The position numbers and the translations under genes are program-made. This document shows positions 27,039 through 43,767 of a DNA stretch of 64,000 bases, piece by piece. Position 1 is the stretch's first letter. Every line of letters starts with the position of its first letter. The stretch lies in assembly GCF_033153115.1 (NCBI RefSeq), contig NW_026889778.1, positions 44,764,001-44,828,000 on the forward strand. Direction: 5' to 3'. The notes beneath the pieces were generated by a model. That model saw nothing but the letters and a program-made list of their open reading frames with translations, did no database searches and was not told the origin of the DNA. The DNA is from Saccostrea echinata (taxonomy: Eukaryota).

Positions 27039-29212
27039 AATTTTTTTGTCCTGTTTTCTACAACTGATGTGAACGACGTTATCGACGATAAGGAAATGAA
27101 TGAAATCACCTCCGCCGATGGCCTTATTTGAGTGGCGGCGAGCGCGGACCTCCGTGAAAACTCCCCAATTGTCGACAGCGTAGAGGATTGAACTCGTCAA
27201 ACTTTGTGTTTCAATACCTGTTATTTTTCCGATATTGTCCTCCCAATTTTACTTAATTTTCTCAAATATGTCACTGTGCGTTTTCTTGAAATATTTTCCT
27301 ACATAACTGTTTTTGTTGAAGGTTCTTAATCTGTCATTTTAAAGGAGGAATTGTCTGTTGATTCTGAAAATGCGCTGTTCCCTGGAGCCCAGAAGCGACT
27401 AATTTTGATTAAAACACGAAAACAAGAGGAATAGAACACGAGTAAGGGATTGAAGTACTTACTACATTGCTATGTGATAAAACATACATGTACATTTCTT
27501 TCAATTGTCTTCCATGTTACTTAAAATCCGAATGAAAATGCAAACATTCGGCACAAACACGCGCACAATGGATAGTGATGTGTGCCTTGCATTTCATATG
27601 AAATGGAGAGAAAAAAAACAACAAACAAAACAACCAAAAAAAAAAACAAACAAACAAACAAACAAAAGGGTCATATGAAGAGAAATCACGGAATCTCACA
27701 AATTGTTGAATGTTCAAATATATATCTAATATACTTTCTAGATCAGTGGATGTTCACCCCCTTAAAGGGACAACATATAATTTCTTTTCGAATATTTAAA
27801 TACATGACACCTACTTTATAATTATAACAGCGAGGACACCGGGAAGATCCAGACCGTACGTAACGTACCACATTCGGTGGTACAACGTCTGAATTTCTCA
27901 GTATAATTATATCATAAGAATATACATAACTGACATCCTTGTAAATTACATGAAAAAAAAAATCACATAAAAAGGGCGTGTATTTAATAATTGTAGAACA
28001 CTCACTTAATTAGTAGTTATACATAAGAGAGAGACAGAGAGAGACGAACAAGGCGAATAATGGGAGTAGCTTATTCATTGATATTAATTTGTTTCTTGTA
28101 ATTTACACACACAAATAATTGAGTACATGTAAATAAACAGAATGTGGTCAAAAGCCAATGTATTTAAAATCTATATCTTTCAAGTTGAACAAGACAACCA
28201 GTATATAATACAAGACAATACAATACATTGATACAAGCATCAAATTGGTTGCACACTTTCCACGTGCAGATCATGATTCCCTGCATCTATATGTCACGTG
28301 AAGATGCAGATGTGCTGCACGGCGCAGTGATGGACATCGCAATAAATGTAAAGTGTTGAAAAAAATGTCGTTTAGTCATTCGCATCGGTAGTCTATTCGA
28401 AAGAAAATTTACTACCAGTTTTTAATTGTGTTAGTACTGTAAGTATCCGGAAACTGGCATCGAGTTGCTTTTATTCACTCTTATTATGGGAAGCACACTT
28501 TTTTGAATAAGAACATTCAAGACATAATATAAACCACATCTTCTTATTCTTATGAGATTCTTATATTCATAACTTTTATCTTTTTTATCAGTTAGGAATT
28601 TTGTCTAAATAATCATCATATAAAACAATAGCGAGGGGAAAAAAAAAAAAAAAAACATTAAGGATTTAACTGGAGTTACAGATCTTTTGAATATGTTAAT
28701 AAAATAATGATCATATTTAAAAATATTTGTATCAAAGGAAAAAAAATTGAAAGTTAGATCGCCATGTTAGATGATTTTCGCAGTTTCTAGTCTTAATCGG
28801 TCAATGAAATGGTTTTTTTTTTTTTCTTATCTCTTTGTTGAGTGAGCATTCAAGTAATACGTGAGAATTCAACATTTGTACGCAGGCCTATAAGGTTTGG
28901 ATTCAACTGCCTATAACGAGAAAGAAAAAACGTACATATACGAATATACATGCGAGTCAATTTTAAAATTTATTGCTTTTGTTATTAACTTAATACATTT
29001 ATTTATCATTAAATATATAACACTTTCTTTGATGTTTGATCTCTGTTCTGTGTTGAAAATTATTGAATTCGTGTGTTTCTATTATTTTCTAGCTATAATA
29101 ATTGTTTACGTTTCAACTCGTTTGTAATGTAGGTATCTTTTCGAAAAGCTTATGTGGCCGTGAAAACGGCCGTTTGGTTTTGTGCTGCACACAACACAAC
29201 TATAGGATCTTT

Positions 29213-29599
<387 letters not shown>

Positions 29600-29812
29600 T
29601 TATGTTCTTTCGTGTACAGTCAACGAATAATCCAGCGACGCCCGCACGCACCAATTTAAACAACCAAGCGGATCCAACGGTGCAGCCAATTAACGCGTCG
29701 CTCTGTTGTGCCTTTAGGTGAAATCCGAACAAGTAATGTTTTCTCGGAGGTCCGTGATAACGGCCGTTTGTGTTTGTTTTAAACTTCTGTCTTGACTGTC
29801 AAACTGAATTCT

Positions 29813-30133
<321 letters not shown>

Positions 30134-31520
30134 TCAGTCAGTAGTACTGTTCTGATGTACTGATCATGCGTAATTGCCTAATTTATAGTCCAAATTGAGG
30201 ACCCGTGAGAGCGCACGATGCTTTGAAAAGTTCGGAACGTTACCAAAGCGGTATTGTGACAAGCTTTACGATTGGTCAGCTTGGCATGATGGGAATGTTT
30301 ACATTTCTTGCCCCACAGGAATTTTAACCACATTTAATTAATTTTGATTCTTTAATTTCTTCACATATAGGCAAGTTTATGTTCAATTTATTCACCTAAA
30401 CCAAAATATTGGTACGTGGAGGTACATATATACATTTTATACAAACTGGTATACAAAACAAAAAAAAAAAAAAAAAAAACATGACAGAAAATGAATAAAA
30501 ATGATAAAGAGAGAGAGAGGGGAATTATATCAAGCAGGACAGACAGCATCATAATTTTTTAGGATAAACATACACAATTTTTTGTTTTGTTGTTGTTATT
30601 TTTTTATTTCAGTATTTTTTGCTTTGAGTATAACAAAATAAATACCGTTGTTGCCGAATGATAATTAAAACGTGGGTGGGTGGGTGGGGATTAAGTTATT
30701 CAAAGGAAAGGGGTGTGACAGATAACACCGAAATAATACAAAATGTAGAAGCTGAATGAAACTTTTGATTCTCATTCATTTATGATATCTAGTTATAGAT
30801 GTGATAATTTATTTGATTTCCTCTTTTCTCAGTTAATTTTCAAAGGCAACTTTAAGCAGTGACCAAACCGGCTTTATAAATGAGCCTTTTTCATTTTATT
30901 ACACGCCACGTTAGAATGAATATCGTTATATTTGACGTTGTTTAGAAATCAATAAAAATCATACTTTGAATATAAATGAAATACGGAATTGCAGTTCTGA
31001 AATGCATGTACTCGCATATGTGCATAGCTGTAGAACTAATGAGATAGAGTTGTAATACTGTTATTATTTTTTGCTTCGACACATTCCATCATTTTCTATT
31101 TAAATAATTGTGCTATTTTCTAATTTATTTCGCAAAATTCTTGAATGTATTCTAGAGGGGCAGGTTGATGGACTTGTACAAAATATAGTTTCAAGATGTG
31201 TAGACAACTTCTACAACAAATTGATGATGACAATAATACTATGAAATTGTCTAGCATTGTGCTCTTTCATAATTTATGTAATTATATATATGTAAGGCAC
31301 AGATATATTCACTGAAGGATGTATTGTGTCTCAACATTTTTTTTTTCTCCCAATTTGGGGGCATTGTACGCCGAATTTGATAAAATTTATTAATTTCGGC
31401 CAAATAATTCAACATTATTTTCAGAGATGTTTCAACGTCTGAACAGAAGGCATCTTTTCGAAGAATGTAGGTGGCCGTGAAAACGGCCGTTTGCTTTAGG
31501 ACTTGAAATACAGCTTAAAA

Positions 31521-31940
<420 letters not shown>

Positions 31941-33196
31941 TCAGATTATTCAAACTCGAATGAATGAAGTAGCAGTGTTGCGCCGTGAACTTATATATCT
32001 TTGTAAGCTCAAGTTGAAAATCGCTGCGGTCTACCAGTCGGCTTAGTCGATTGGCTGGTGCCCGCAGTAACACTCGCTACGATTAGTCAGGTGAACGAGA
32101 TGACCATTGGCTACGTCTGTAGGTAGTTTCAATCCACAGAATTGCCCCAAAAGAAAAAGAAAATCAAGTCGGTTTTTGACACATGATTTCACTGCAGATA
32201 CATATAGTCAAATATTTTTTTTTTTAAATATATTTATGGTGAATAATGGGGATGAATGTAACGTCAATTGAATAGAAAATAGAATTATTTATTATATATA
32301 TATATACATATATTTTCAATTCGTTATTGAAGCAAAATGCATTTTCGAAAAATATATATTATATATTTCTTGTCATTATTTCCTCCTACCATTATCTGAA
32401 CAAGCCCAGTAATATTACTAAGTATCATGATACTTGCAGATAATCAGAATGGTGCATATAGGATGAACAGGAATTACCCTGTTGCAAAAACAAGAACAAA
32501 ACAAATAATACAAATAAATGAATAATTAATTAAATGAATGAATAATTAAATAAATGAATGAATGAATAAATGAAAAGAATAAATAAATGAAACGAATAAG
32601 AATGTATGTATCTGTCTTTCAATAGGTACGCATAAACTTTTATTCCATTCGTTCCACATTTGANNNNNNNNNNNNNNNNNNNNNNNNNNNNNNNNNNNNN
32701 NNNNNNNNNNNNNNNNNNNNNNNNNNNNNNNNNNNNNNNNNNNNNNNNNNNNNNNNNNNNNNNNNNNNNNNNNNNNNNNNNNNNNNNNNNNNNNNNNNNN
32801 NNNNNNNNNNNNNNNNNNNNNNNNNNNNNNNNNNNNNNNNNNNNNNNNNNNNNNNNNNNNNNNNNNNNNNNNNCACTAATAATAATGGCCATATAGTTAG
32901 CGTAGGCGTTGTGATGTGGAAAAAGTAAAATTTTATTTACTTGAGGGAGGGTATGTAAACAAATTAAAAACTGACTTTTGTTTCTTCTTCTTCTCAGAAA
33001 CAGCATGTTAATATTATCATGACTTTGCAATTTGCTTCCAGTCGAAGACAAATAAACTATGTGTAATAGGTAAGTGTACTTCTTGTTTATTCATTTTGTG
33101 TTTCCATTAGTACATGTATGTAATAGAGGCATCTTTTCTAAAAATGTTGGTAGCCCTGAAAAGGGCTTTTGTAATTGGTTTAAGACAATTGGCAGT

Positions 33197-33784
33197 CTAC
33201 GCCTTGGTGGCTTTCTTTGGGGTTTTTGACTTCTTGGCTGTGGCTTTCTTGGGCGCTTTGGTTTTCGTAGGCTTTGGAGCTGCCTTGGCTTTCTTGGGAG
33301 ACTTAGTAGCTGCTTTCTTCTTGGGAGACTTGGCCTTCTTGGGTGCTGCAGGTTTCTTAACAGCCTTTTTCTTTTCTGTTGGCTTTTTCTCCCCGGTTGT
33401 CTTCTTGGGTTTGGTCGTTTTCTTGGGCTTGGCAGCCTTAGGTTTGGTGACTTTTTTGGTCTTGGGTTTCTTCTCCGTCTTGGGCTTCTCTCCCAGCTTG
33501 AAGGAACCACTGGCACCTGTACCCTTGGCCTGTTTGAGAACTCCCTTCTTGACTCCGTTCTTGAGGGCCATCTTCAGATGGGTGTTGACACTAGAGGCGT
33601 CATTACCGACTTTGTAGTTGCCCATGATGTACTTGAGAATAGCTTGTCTCGAGGAACCTCCGCGCTCCTTCAGGGCAGCCACAGCAGCGCTGATCATCTC
33701 GATGTACTTGGGATGGGCGGGAACCGTCTTGGGTTTGGAAACCTTCTTCTTGGCGGGGGATTTTGCTGGTGCGGCGTCTGCCAT
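33197..33784 (-). CDS. H1: Histone H1 (U3)
   Basis: 195 aa. Confidence 0.97.
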   Translation of the reverse strand: MADAAPAKSPAKKKVSKPKTVPAHPKYIEMISAAVAALKERGGSSRQAILKYIMGNYKVGNDASSVNTHLKMALKNGVKKGVLKQAKGTGASGSFKLGEKPKTEKKPKTKKVTKPKAAKPKKTTKPKKTTGEKKPTEKKKAVKKPAAPKKAKSPKKKAATKSPKKAKAAPKPTKTKAPKKATAKKSKTPKKATKA

Positions 33785-35961
33785 AATTTTTTTGTCCTGT
33801 TTTCTACAACTGATGTGAACGACGTTATCGACGATAAGGAAATGAATGAAATCACCTCCGCCGATGGCCTTATTTGAGTGGCGGTGAGCGCGGACCTCCG
33901 TGAAAACTCCCCAATTGTCGACAGCGTAGAGGATTGAACTCGTCAAACTTTGTGTTTCAATACCTGTTATTTTTCCGATATTGTCCTCCCAATTTTACTT
34001 AATTTTCTCAAATATGTCACTGTGCGTTTTCTTGAAATATTTTCCTACATAACTGTTTTTGTTGAAGGTTCTTAATCTGTCATTTTAAAGGAGGAATTGT
34101 CTGTTGATTCTGAAAATGCGCTGTTCCCTGGAGCCCAGAAGCGACTAATTTTGATTAAAACACGAAAACAAGAGGAATAGAACACGAGTAAGGGATTGAA
34201 GTACTTACTACATTGCTATGTGATAAAACATACATGTACATTTCTTTCAATTGTCTTCCATGTTACTTAAAATCCGAATGAAAATGCAAACATTCGGCAC
34301 AAACACGCGCACAATGGATAGTGATGTGTGCCTTGCATTTCATATGAAATGGAGAGAAAAAAAACAACAAACAAAACAACCAAAAAAAAAAACAAACAAA
34401 CAAACAAACAAAAGGGTCATATGAAGAGAAATCACGGAATCTCACAAATTGTTGAATGTTCAAATATATATCTAATATACTTTCTAGATCAGTGGATGTT
34501 CACCCCCTTAAAGGGACAACATATAATTTCTTTTCGAATATTTAAATACATGACACCTACTTTATAATTATAACAGCGAGGACACCGGGAAGATCCAGAC
34601 CGTACGTAACGTACCACATTCGGTGGTACAACGTCTGAATTTCTCAGTATAATTATATCATAAGAATATACATAACTGACATCCTTGTAAATTACATGAA
34701 AAAAAAAATCACATAAAAAGGGCGTGTATTTAATAATTGTAGAACACTCACTTAATTAGTAGTTATACATAAGAGAGAGACAGAGAGAGACGAACAAGGC
34801 GAATAATGGGAGTAGCTTATTCATTGATATTAATTTGTTTCTTGTAATTTACACACACAAATAATTGAGTACATGTAAATAAACAGAATGTGGTCAAAAG
34901 CCAATGTATTTAAAATCTATATCTTTCAAGTTGAACAAGACAACCAGTATATAATACAAGACAATACAATACATTGATACAAGCATCAAATTGGTTGCAC
35001 ACTTTCCACGTGCAGATCATGATTCCCTGCATCTATATGTCACGTGAAGATGCAGATGTGCTGCACGGCGCAGTGATGGACATCGCAATAAATGTAAAGT
35101 GTTGAAAAAAATGTCGTTTAGTCATTCGCATCGGTAGTCTATTCGAAAGAAAATTTACTACCAGTTTTTAATTGTGTTAGTACTGTAAGTATCCGGAAAC
35201 TGGCATCGAGTTGCTTTTATTCACTCTTATTATGGGAAGCACACTTTTTTGAATAAGAACATTCAAGACATAATATAAACCACATCTTCTTATTCTTATG
35301 AGATTCTTATATTCATAACTTTTATCTTTTTTATCAGTTAGGAATTTTGTCTAAATAATCATCATATAAAACAATAGCGAGGGAAAAAAAAAAAAAAAAA
35401 AACATTAAGGATTTAACTGGAGTTACAGATCTTTTGAATATGTTAATAAAATAATGATCATATTTAAAAATATTTGTATCAAAGGAAAAAAAATTGAAAG
35501 TTAGATCGCCATGTTAGATGATTTTCGCAGTTTCTAGTCTTAATCGGTCAATGAAATGGTTTTTTTTTTTTTTTCTTATCTCTTTGTTGAGTGAGCATTC
35601 AAGTAATACGTGAGAATTCAACATTTGTACGCAGGCCTATAAGGTTTGGATTCAACTGCCTATAACGAGAAAGAAAAAACGTACATATACGAATATACAT
35701 GCGAGTCAATTTTAAAATTTATTGCTTTTGTTATTAACTTAATACATTTATTTATCATTAAATATATAACACTTTCTTTGATGTTTGATCTCTGTTCTGT
35801 GTTGAAAATTATTGAATTCGTGTGTTTCTATTATTTTCTAGCTATAATAATTGTTTACGTTTCAACTCGTTTGTAATGTAGGTATCTTTTCGAAAAGCTT
35901 ATGTGGCCGTGAAAACGGCCGTTTGGTTTTGTGCTGCACACAACACAACTATAGGATCTTT

Positions 35962-36348
<387 letters not shown>

Positions 36349-36550
36349 TTATGTTCTTTCGTGTACAGTCAACGAATAATCCAGCGACGCCCGCACGCAC
36401 CAATTTAAACAACCAAGCGGATCCAACGGTGCTGCCAATTAACGCGTCGCTCTGTTGTGCCTTTAGGTGAAATCCGAACAAGTAATGTTTTCTCGGAGGT
36501 CCGTGATAACGGCCGTTTGTGTTTGTTTTAAACTTCTGTCTTGACTGTCA

Positions 36551-36877
<327 letters not shown>

Positions 36878-38280
36878 TCAGTCAGTAGTACTGTTCTGAT
36901 GAACTGATCATGCGTAATTGCCTAATTTATAGTCCAAATTGAGGACCCGTGAGAGCGCACGATGCTTTGAAAAGTTCGGAACGTTACCAAAGCGGTATTG
37001 TGACAAGCTTTACGATTGGTCAGCTTGGCATGATGGGAATGTTTACATTTCTTGCCCCACAGGAATTTTAACCACATTTAATTAATTTTGATTCTTTAAT
37101 TTCTTCACATATAGGCAAGTTTATGTTCAATTTATTCACCTAAACCAAAATATTGGTACGTGGAGGTACATATATACATTTTATACAAACTGGTATACAA
37201 AACAACAACAACAAAAAAAAAAAAAAAAAACATGACAGAAAATGAATAAAAATGATAAAGAGAGAGAGGGGAATTATATCAAGCAGGACAGACAGCATCA
37301 TAATTTTTTAGGATAAACATACACAATTTTTTGTTTTGTTGTTGTTATTTTTTTTATTTCAGTATTTTTTGCTTTGAGTTTAACAAAATAAATACCGTTG
37401 TTGCCGAATGATAATTAAAACGTGGGTGGGTGGGTGGGGATTAAGTTATTCAAAGGAAAGGGGTGTGACAGATAACACCGAAATAATACAAAATGTAGAA
37501 GCTGAATGAAACTTTTGATTCTCATTCATTTATGATATCTAGTTATAGATGTGATCATTTATTTGATTTCCTCTTTTCTCAGTTAATTTTCAAAGGCAAC
37601 TTTAAGCAGTGACCAAACCGGCTTTATAAATGAGCCTTTTTCATTTTATTACACGCCACGTTAGAACGAATATCGTTATATTTGACGTTGTTTAGAAATC
37701 AATAAAAATCATACTTTGAATATAAATGAAATACGGAATTGCAGTTCTGAAATGCATGTACTCGCATATGTGCATAGCTGTAGAACTAATGAGATGAAGT
37801 TGTAATACTGTTATTATTTTTTGCTTCGACACATTCCATCATTTTCTATTTAAATAATTGTGCTATTTTCTAATTTATTTCGCAAAATTCTTGAATGTAT
37901 TCTAGAGGGGCAGGTTGATGGACTTGTACAAAATATAGTTTCAAGATGTGTAGACAACTTCTACAACAAATTGATGATGACAATAGTACTATGAAATTGT
38001 CTAGCATTGTGCTCTTTCATAATTTATGTAATTATATATATGCAAGGCACAGATATATTCACTGAAGGATGTATTGTGTCTCAACATTTTTTTTTTTTTT
38101 TTTTTTTTCCCAATTTGGGGGCATTGTTCGCTGAATTTGATAAAATTTATTAATTTCGGCCAAATAATTCAACATTATTTTCAGAGATGTTTCAACGTCT
38201 GAACAGAAGGCATCTTTTCGAAGAATGTAGGTGGCCGTGAAAACGGCCGTTTGCTTTAGGACTTGAAATACAGCTTAAAA

Positions 38281-38700
<420 letters not shown>

Positions 38701-39852
38701 TCAGATTATTCAAACTCGAATGAATGAAGTGGCAGTGTTGCGCCGTGAACTTAATATATATCTTTGTAAGCTCAAGTTGAAAATCGCTGCGGTCTACCAG
38801 TCGGCTTAGTCGATTGGCTGGTGCCCGCAGTAACACTCGCTACGATTAGTCAGGTGAACGAGATGACCATTGGCTACGTCTGTAGGTAGTTTCAATCCAC
38901 AGAATTGCCCCAAAAGAAAAAGAAAATCAAGTCGGTTTTTGACACATGATTTCACTGCAGATACATATAGTCAAATATTTTTTTTTTAAATATATATATG
39001 GTGAATAATGGGGATGAATGTAACGTCAATTGAATAGAAAATAGAATTATTTATTATATATATATACATATATTTTCAATTCGTTATTGAAGCAAAATGC
39101 ATTTTCGAAAAATATATATTATATATTTCTTGTCATTATTTCCTCCTACCATTATCTGAACAAGCCCAGTAATATTACTAAGTATCATGATACTTGCAGA
39201 TAATCAGAATGGTGCATATAGGATGAACAGGAATTACCCTGTTGCAAAAACAAGAACAAAACAAATAATACAAATAAATGAATAATTAATTAAATGAATG
39301 AATAATTAAATAAATGAATGAATGAATAAATGAAAAGAATAAATAAATGAAACGAATAAGAATGTATGTATCTGTCTTTCAATAGGTACGCATGAACTTT
39401 TATTCCATTCGTTCCACATTTGANNNNNNNNNNNNNNNNNNNNNNNNNNNNNNNNNNNNNNNNNNNNNNNNNNNNNNNNNNNNNNNNNNNNNNNNNNNNN
39501 NNNNNNNNNNNNNNNNNNNNNNNNNNNNNNNNNNNNNNNNNNNNNNNNNNNNNNNNNNNNNNNNNNNNNNNNNNNNNNNNNNNNNNNNNNNNNNNNNNNN
39601 NTAATAATAATGGCCATATAGTTTGCGTAGGCGTTGTGATGTGGAAAAAGTAAAATTTTATTTACTTGAGGGAGGGTATGTAAACAAAATAAAAACTGAC
39701 TTTTGTTTCTTCTTCTTCTCAGAAACAGCATGTTAATATTATCATGACTTTGTAATTTGCTTCCAGTCGAAGACAAATAAACTATGTGTAATAGGTAAGT
39801 GTACTTCTTGTTTATTCATTTTGTGTTTCCATTAGTACATGTATGTAATAGA

Positions 39853-39892
39853 GGCATCTTTTCTAAAAATGTTGGTAGCCCTGAAAAGGGCT
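39853..39892 (-). terminator. H1 3' stem-loop plus histone downstream element (U4 example; present in all units)
   Basis: AGCCCT-TTTC-AGGGCT, 13 nt, GAAAAGATGCC. Confidence 0.92.
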
Positions 39893-39921
39893 TTTGTAAT
39901 TGGTTTAAGACAATTGGCAGC

Positions 39922-40509
39922 CTACGCCTTGGTGGCTTTCTGTGGGGTTTTTGACTTCTTGGCTGTGGCTTTCTTGGGCGCTTTGGTTTTCGTAGGCTTT
40001 GGAGCTGCCTTGGCTTTCTTGGGAGACTTAGTAGCTGCTTTCTTCTTGGGAGACTCGGCCTTCTTGGGTGCTGCAGGTTTCTTAACAGCCTTTTTCTTTT
40101 CTGTTGGCTTTTTCTCCCCGGTTGTCTTCTTGGGTTTGGTCGTTTTCTTGGGCTTGGCAGCCTTAGGTTTGGTGACTTTTTTGGTCTTGGGTTTCTTCTC
40201 CGTCTTGGGCTTCTCTCCCAGCTTGAAGGAACCACTGGCACCTGTACCCTTGGCCTGTTTGAGAACTCCCTTCTTGACTCCGTTCTTGAGGGCCATCTTC
40301 AGATGGGTGTTGACACTAGAGGCGTCATTACCGACTTTGTAGTTGCCCATGATGTACTTGAGAATAGCTTGTCTCGAGGAACCTCCGCGCTCCTTCAGGG
40401 CAGCCACAGCAGCGCTGATCATCTCGATGTACTTGGGATGGGCGGGGACCGTCTTGGGTTTGGAAACCTTCTTCTTGGCGGGGGATTTTGCTGGTGCGGC
40501 GTCTGCCAT
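39922..40509 (-). CDS. H1: Histone H1 (U4)
   Basis: 195 aa; KAESP and TPQK variants. Confidence 0.97.
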   Translation of the reverse strand: MADAAPAKSPAKKKVSKPKTVPAHPKYIEMISAAVAALKERGGSSRQAILKYIMGNYKVGNDASSVNTHLKMALKNGVKKGVLKQAKGTGASGSFKLGEKPKTEKKPKTKKVTKPKAAKPKKTTKPKKTTGEKKPTEKKKAVKKPAAPKKAESPKKKAATKSPKKAKAAPKPTKTKAPKKATAKKSKTPQKATKA

Positions 40510-40564
40510 AATTTTTTTGTCCTGTTTTCTACAACTGATGTGAACGACGTTATCGACGATAAGG

Positions 40565-40685
40565 AAATGAATGAAATCACCTCCGCCGATGGCCTTATTT
40601 GAGTGGCGGCGAGCGCGGACCTCCGTGAAAACTCCCCAATTGTCGACAGCGTAGAGGATTGAACTCGTCCAACTTTGTGTTTCAA
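40565..40685 (-). promoter_or_regulatory. H1 promoter (U4 example)
   Basis: H1 box AAACACA (40676-40682), H4-box-like CGGAGGTCCGC (40615-40625), atypical TATA CAAATAAG, TCATTC cap motif. Confidence 0.75.
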
Positions 40686-42613
40686 TACCTGTAATTTTTC
40701 CGATATTGTCCTCCCAATTTTACTTAATTTTCTCAAATATGTCACTGTGCGTTTTCTTGAAATATTTTCCTACATAACTGTTTCCGTTTAAGGTTCTTAA
40801 TCTGTCATTTTAAAGGAGGAATTGTCTGTTGATTCTGAAAATGCGCTGTTCCCTGGAGCCCAGAAGCGACTAATTTTGATTAAAACACGAAAACAAGAGG
40901 AATAGAACACGAGTAAGGGATTGAAGTACTTACTACATTGCTATGCGATAAAACATACATGTACATTTCTTTCAATTGTCTTATATGTTACTTAAAATCC
41001 GAATGAAAATGCAAACATTCGGCACAAACACGCGCACAATGGATAGTGATGTGTGCCTTGCATTTCATATGAAATGGAGAGAAAAAAAACAAAACAAAAA
41101 CAAAACAACAAAAAAAAAAACAAACAAACAAACAAACAAAAGGGTCATATGAAGAGAAATCACGGAATCTCACAAATTGTTGAATGTTCAAATATATATC
41201 TAATATACTTTCTAGATCAGTGGATGTTCACCCCCTTAAAGGGACAACATATAATTTCTTTTCGAATATTTAAATACATGACACCTACTTTATAATTATA
41301 ACACCGAGGACACCGGGAAGATCCAGACCGTACGTAACGTACCACATTCGGTGGTACAACGTCTGAATTTCTCAGTATAATTATATCATAAGAATATACA
41401 TAACTGACATCCTTGTAAATTACATGAAAAAAAAAAAAATCACATAAAAAGGGCGTGTATTTAATAATTGTAGAACACTCACTTAATTAGTAGTTATACA
41501 TAAGAGAGAGACAGAGAGAGACGAACAAGGCGAATCATGGGAGTAGCTTATTCATTGATATTAATTTGTTTCTTGTAATTTACACACACAAATAATTGAG
41601 TACATGTAAATAAACAGAATGTGGTCAAAAGCCAATGTATTTAAAATCTATATCTTTCAAGTTGAACAAGACAACCAGTATATAATACAAGACAATACAA
41701 TACATTGATACAAGCATCAAATTGGTTGCACACTTTCCACGTGCAGATCATGATTCCCTGCATCTATATGTCACGTGACGATGCAGATGTGCTGCACGGC
41801 GCAGTGATGGACATCGCAATAAATGTAAAGTGTTAAAAAAAATGTCGTTTAGTCATTCGCATCGGTAGTCTATTCGAAAGAAAATTTACTACCAGTGTTT
41901 AATTGTGTTAGTACTGTAAGTATCCGGAAACTGGCATCGAGTTGCTTTTATTCACTCTTATTATGGGAAGCACACTTTTTTGAATAAGAACATTCAAGAC
42001 ATAATATAAACCACATCTTCTTATTCTTATGAGATTCTTATATTCATCACTTTTATCTATTTTATCAATTAGGAATTTTGTCTAAATAATCATCATATAA
42101 AACAATAGCGAGGGGGAAAAAAAAAAGAAGAAGAAACATTAAGGATTTAACTGGAGTTACAGATCTTTTGAATATGTTAATAAAATAATGATCATATTTA
42201 AAAATATTTGTATTAAAGGAAAAAATTGAAAGTTAGATCGCCATGTTAGATGATTTCCGCAGTTTCTAGTCTTAATTGGTCAATGAAATGGGTTTTTTTT
42301 TTCTTTTCTTATCTCTTTGTTGAGTGAGCATTCAAGTAATAAGTGAGAATTCAACATTTGTACGCAGGCCTATAAGGTTTGGATTCAACTGCCTATAACG
42401 AGAAAGAAAAAACGTACATATACGAATATACATGCGAGTCAATTTTTAAATTTATTGCTTTTGTTATTGACTTAATACATTTATTTATCATTAAATATAT
42501 AACACTTTCTTTGATGTTTGATCTCTGTTCTGTGTTGAAAATTATTGAATTCGTGTGTTTCTATTATTTTCTAGCTATAATAATTGTTTACGTTTCAACT
42601 CGTTTGTAATGTA

Positions 42614-42653
42614 GGTATCTTTTCGAAAAGCTTATGTGGCCGTGAAAACGGCC
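42614..42653 (-). terminator. H2A stem-loop plus downstream element (U4 example)
   Basis: GGCCGT-TTTC-ACGGCC, 13 nt, GAAAAGATACC. Confidence 0.92.
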
Positions 42654-42694
42654 GTTTGGTTTTGTGCTGCACACAACACAACTATAGGATCTTT

Positions 42695-43327
<633 letters not shown>

Positions 43328-43699
43328 ATGCCACCCAAAGTCGGATCCAAAGGCGCCAAGAAAGCAGTCACCAAGGCCAAGACACCGAGGAGCACAGACA
43401 AGAAAAGGAGGAAGAGGAGGAGGGAATCTTATGCCATTTACATCTACAAAGTCCTAAAGCAGGTGCACCCTGACACTGGTGTTTCCAGCAAGGCCATGAG
43501 CATAATGAACTCCTTCGTCAACGATATCTTTGAGAGAATCGCTGCCGAAGCCTCTCGTTTGGCCCACTACAACAAGCGATCTACAATCACAAGCAGAGAG
43601 GTCCAGACTGCTGTCCGTCTCCTTCTGCCCGGTGAACTGGCCAAGCACGCCGTATCTGAGGGCACCAAAGCCGTCACCAAGTACACCAGCAGCAAATAA
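43328..43699 (+). CDS. H2B: Histone H2B (U4)
   Basis: 123 aa. Confidence 0.98.
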   Translation: MPPKVGSKGAKKAVTKAKTPRSTDKKRRKRRRESYAIYIYKVLKQVHPDTGVSSKAMSIMNSFVNDIFERIAAEASRLAHYNKRSTITSREVQTAVRLLLPGELAKHAVSEGTKAVTKYTSSK

Positions 43700-43727
43700 T
43701 CTCATTTTGCAAGTACACACACCAAAC

Positions 43728-43767
43728 GGCCCTTTTAAGGGCCAACTAATTTTTTAGAAAAGATACC
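43728..43767 (+). terminator. H2B stem-loop plus downstream element (U4 example)
   Basis: GGCCCT-TTTA-AGGGCC, 13 nt, GAAAAGATACC. Confidence 0.92.

Noticed and set aside
26451-27200. 249-aa H1 with N-terminal extension (also 11064-12014, 33197-33946)
   Set aside because: Starts at a TTG inside the promoter that is absent in U4-U6; the real ATG is MADAAP
42070-42086. U7 Sm-site-like AATTTTGTCTA (also AAATTGTCTAG in the H4-H3 spacer)
   Set aside because: No correctly placed guide or 3' hairpin; expected by chance in AT-rich DNA
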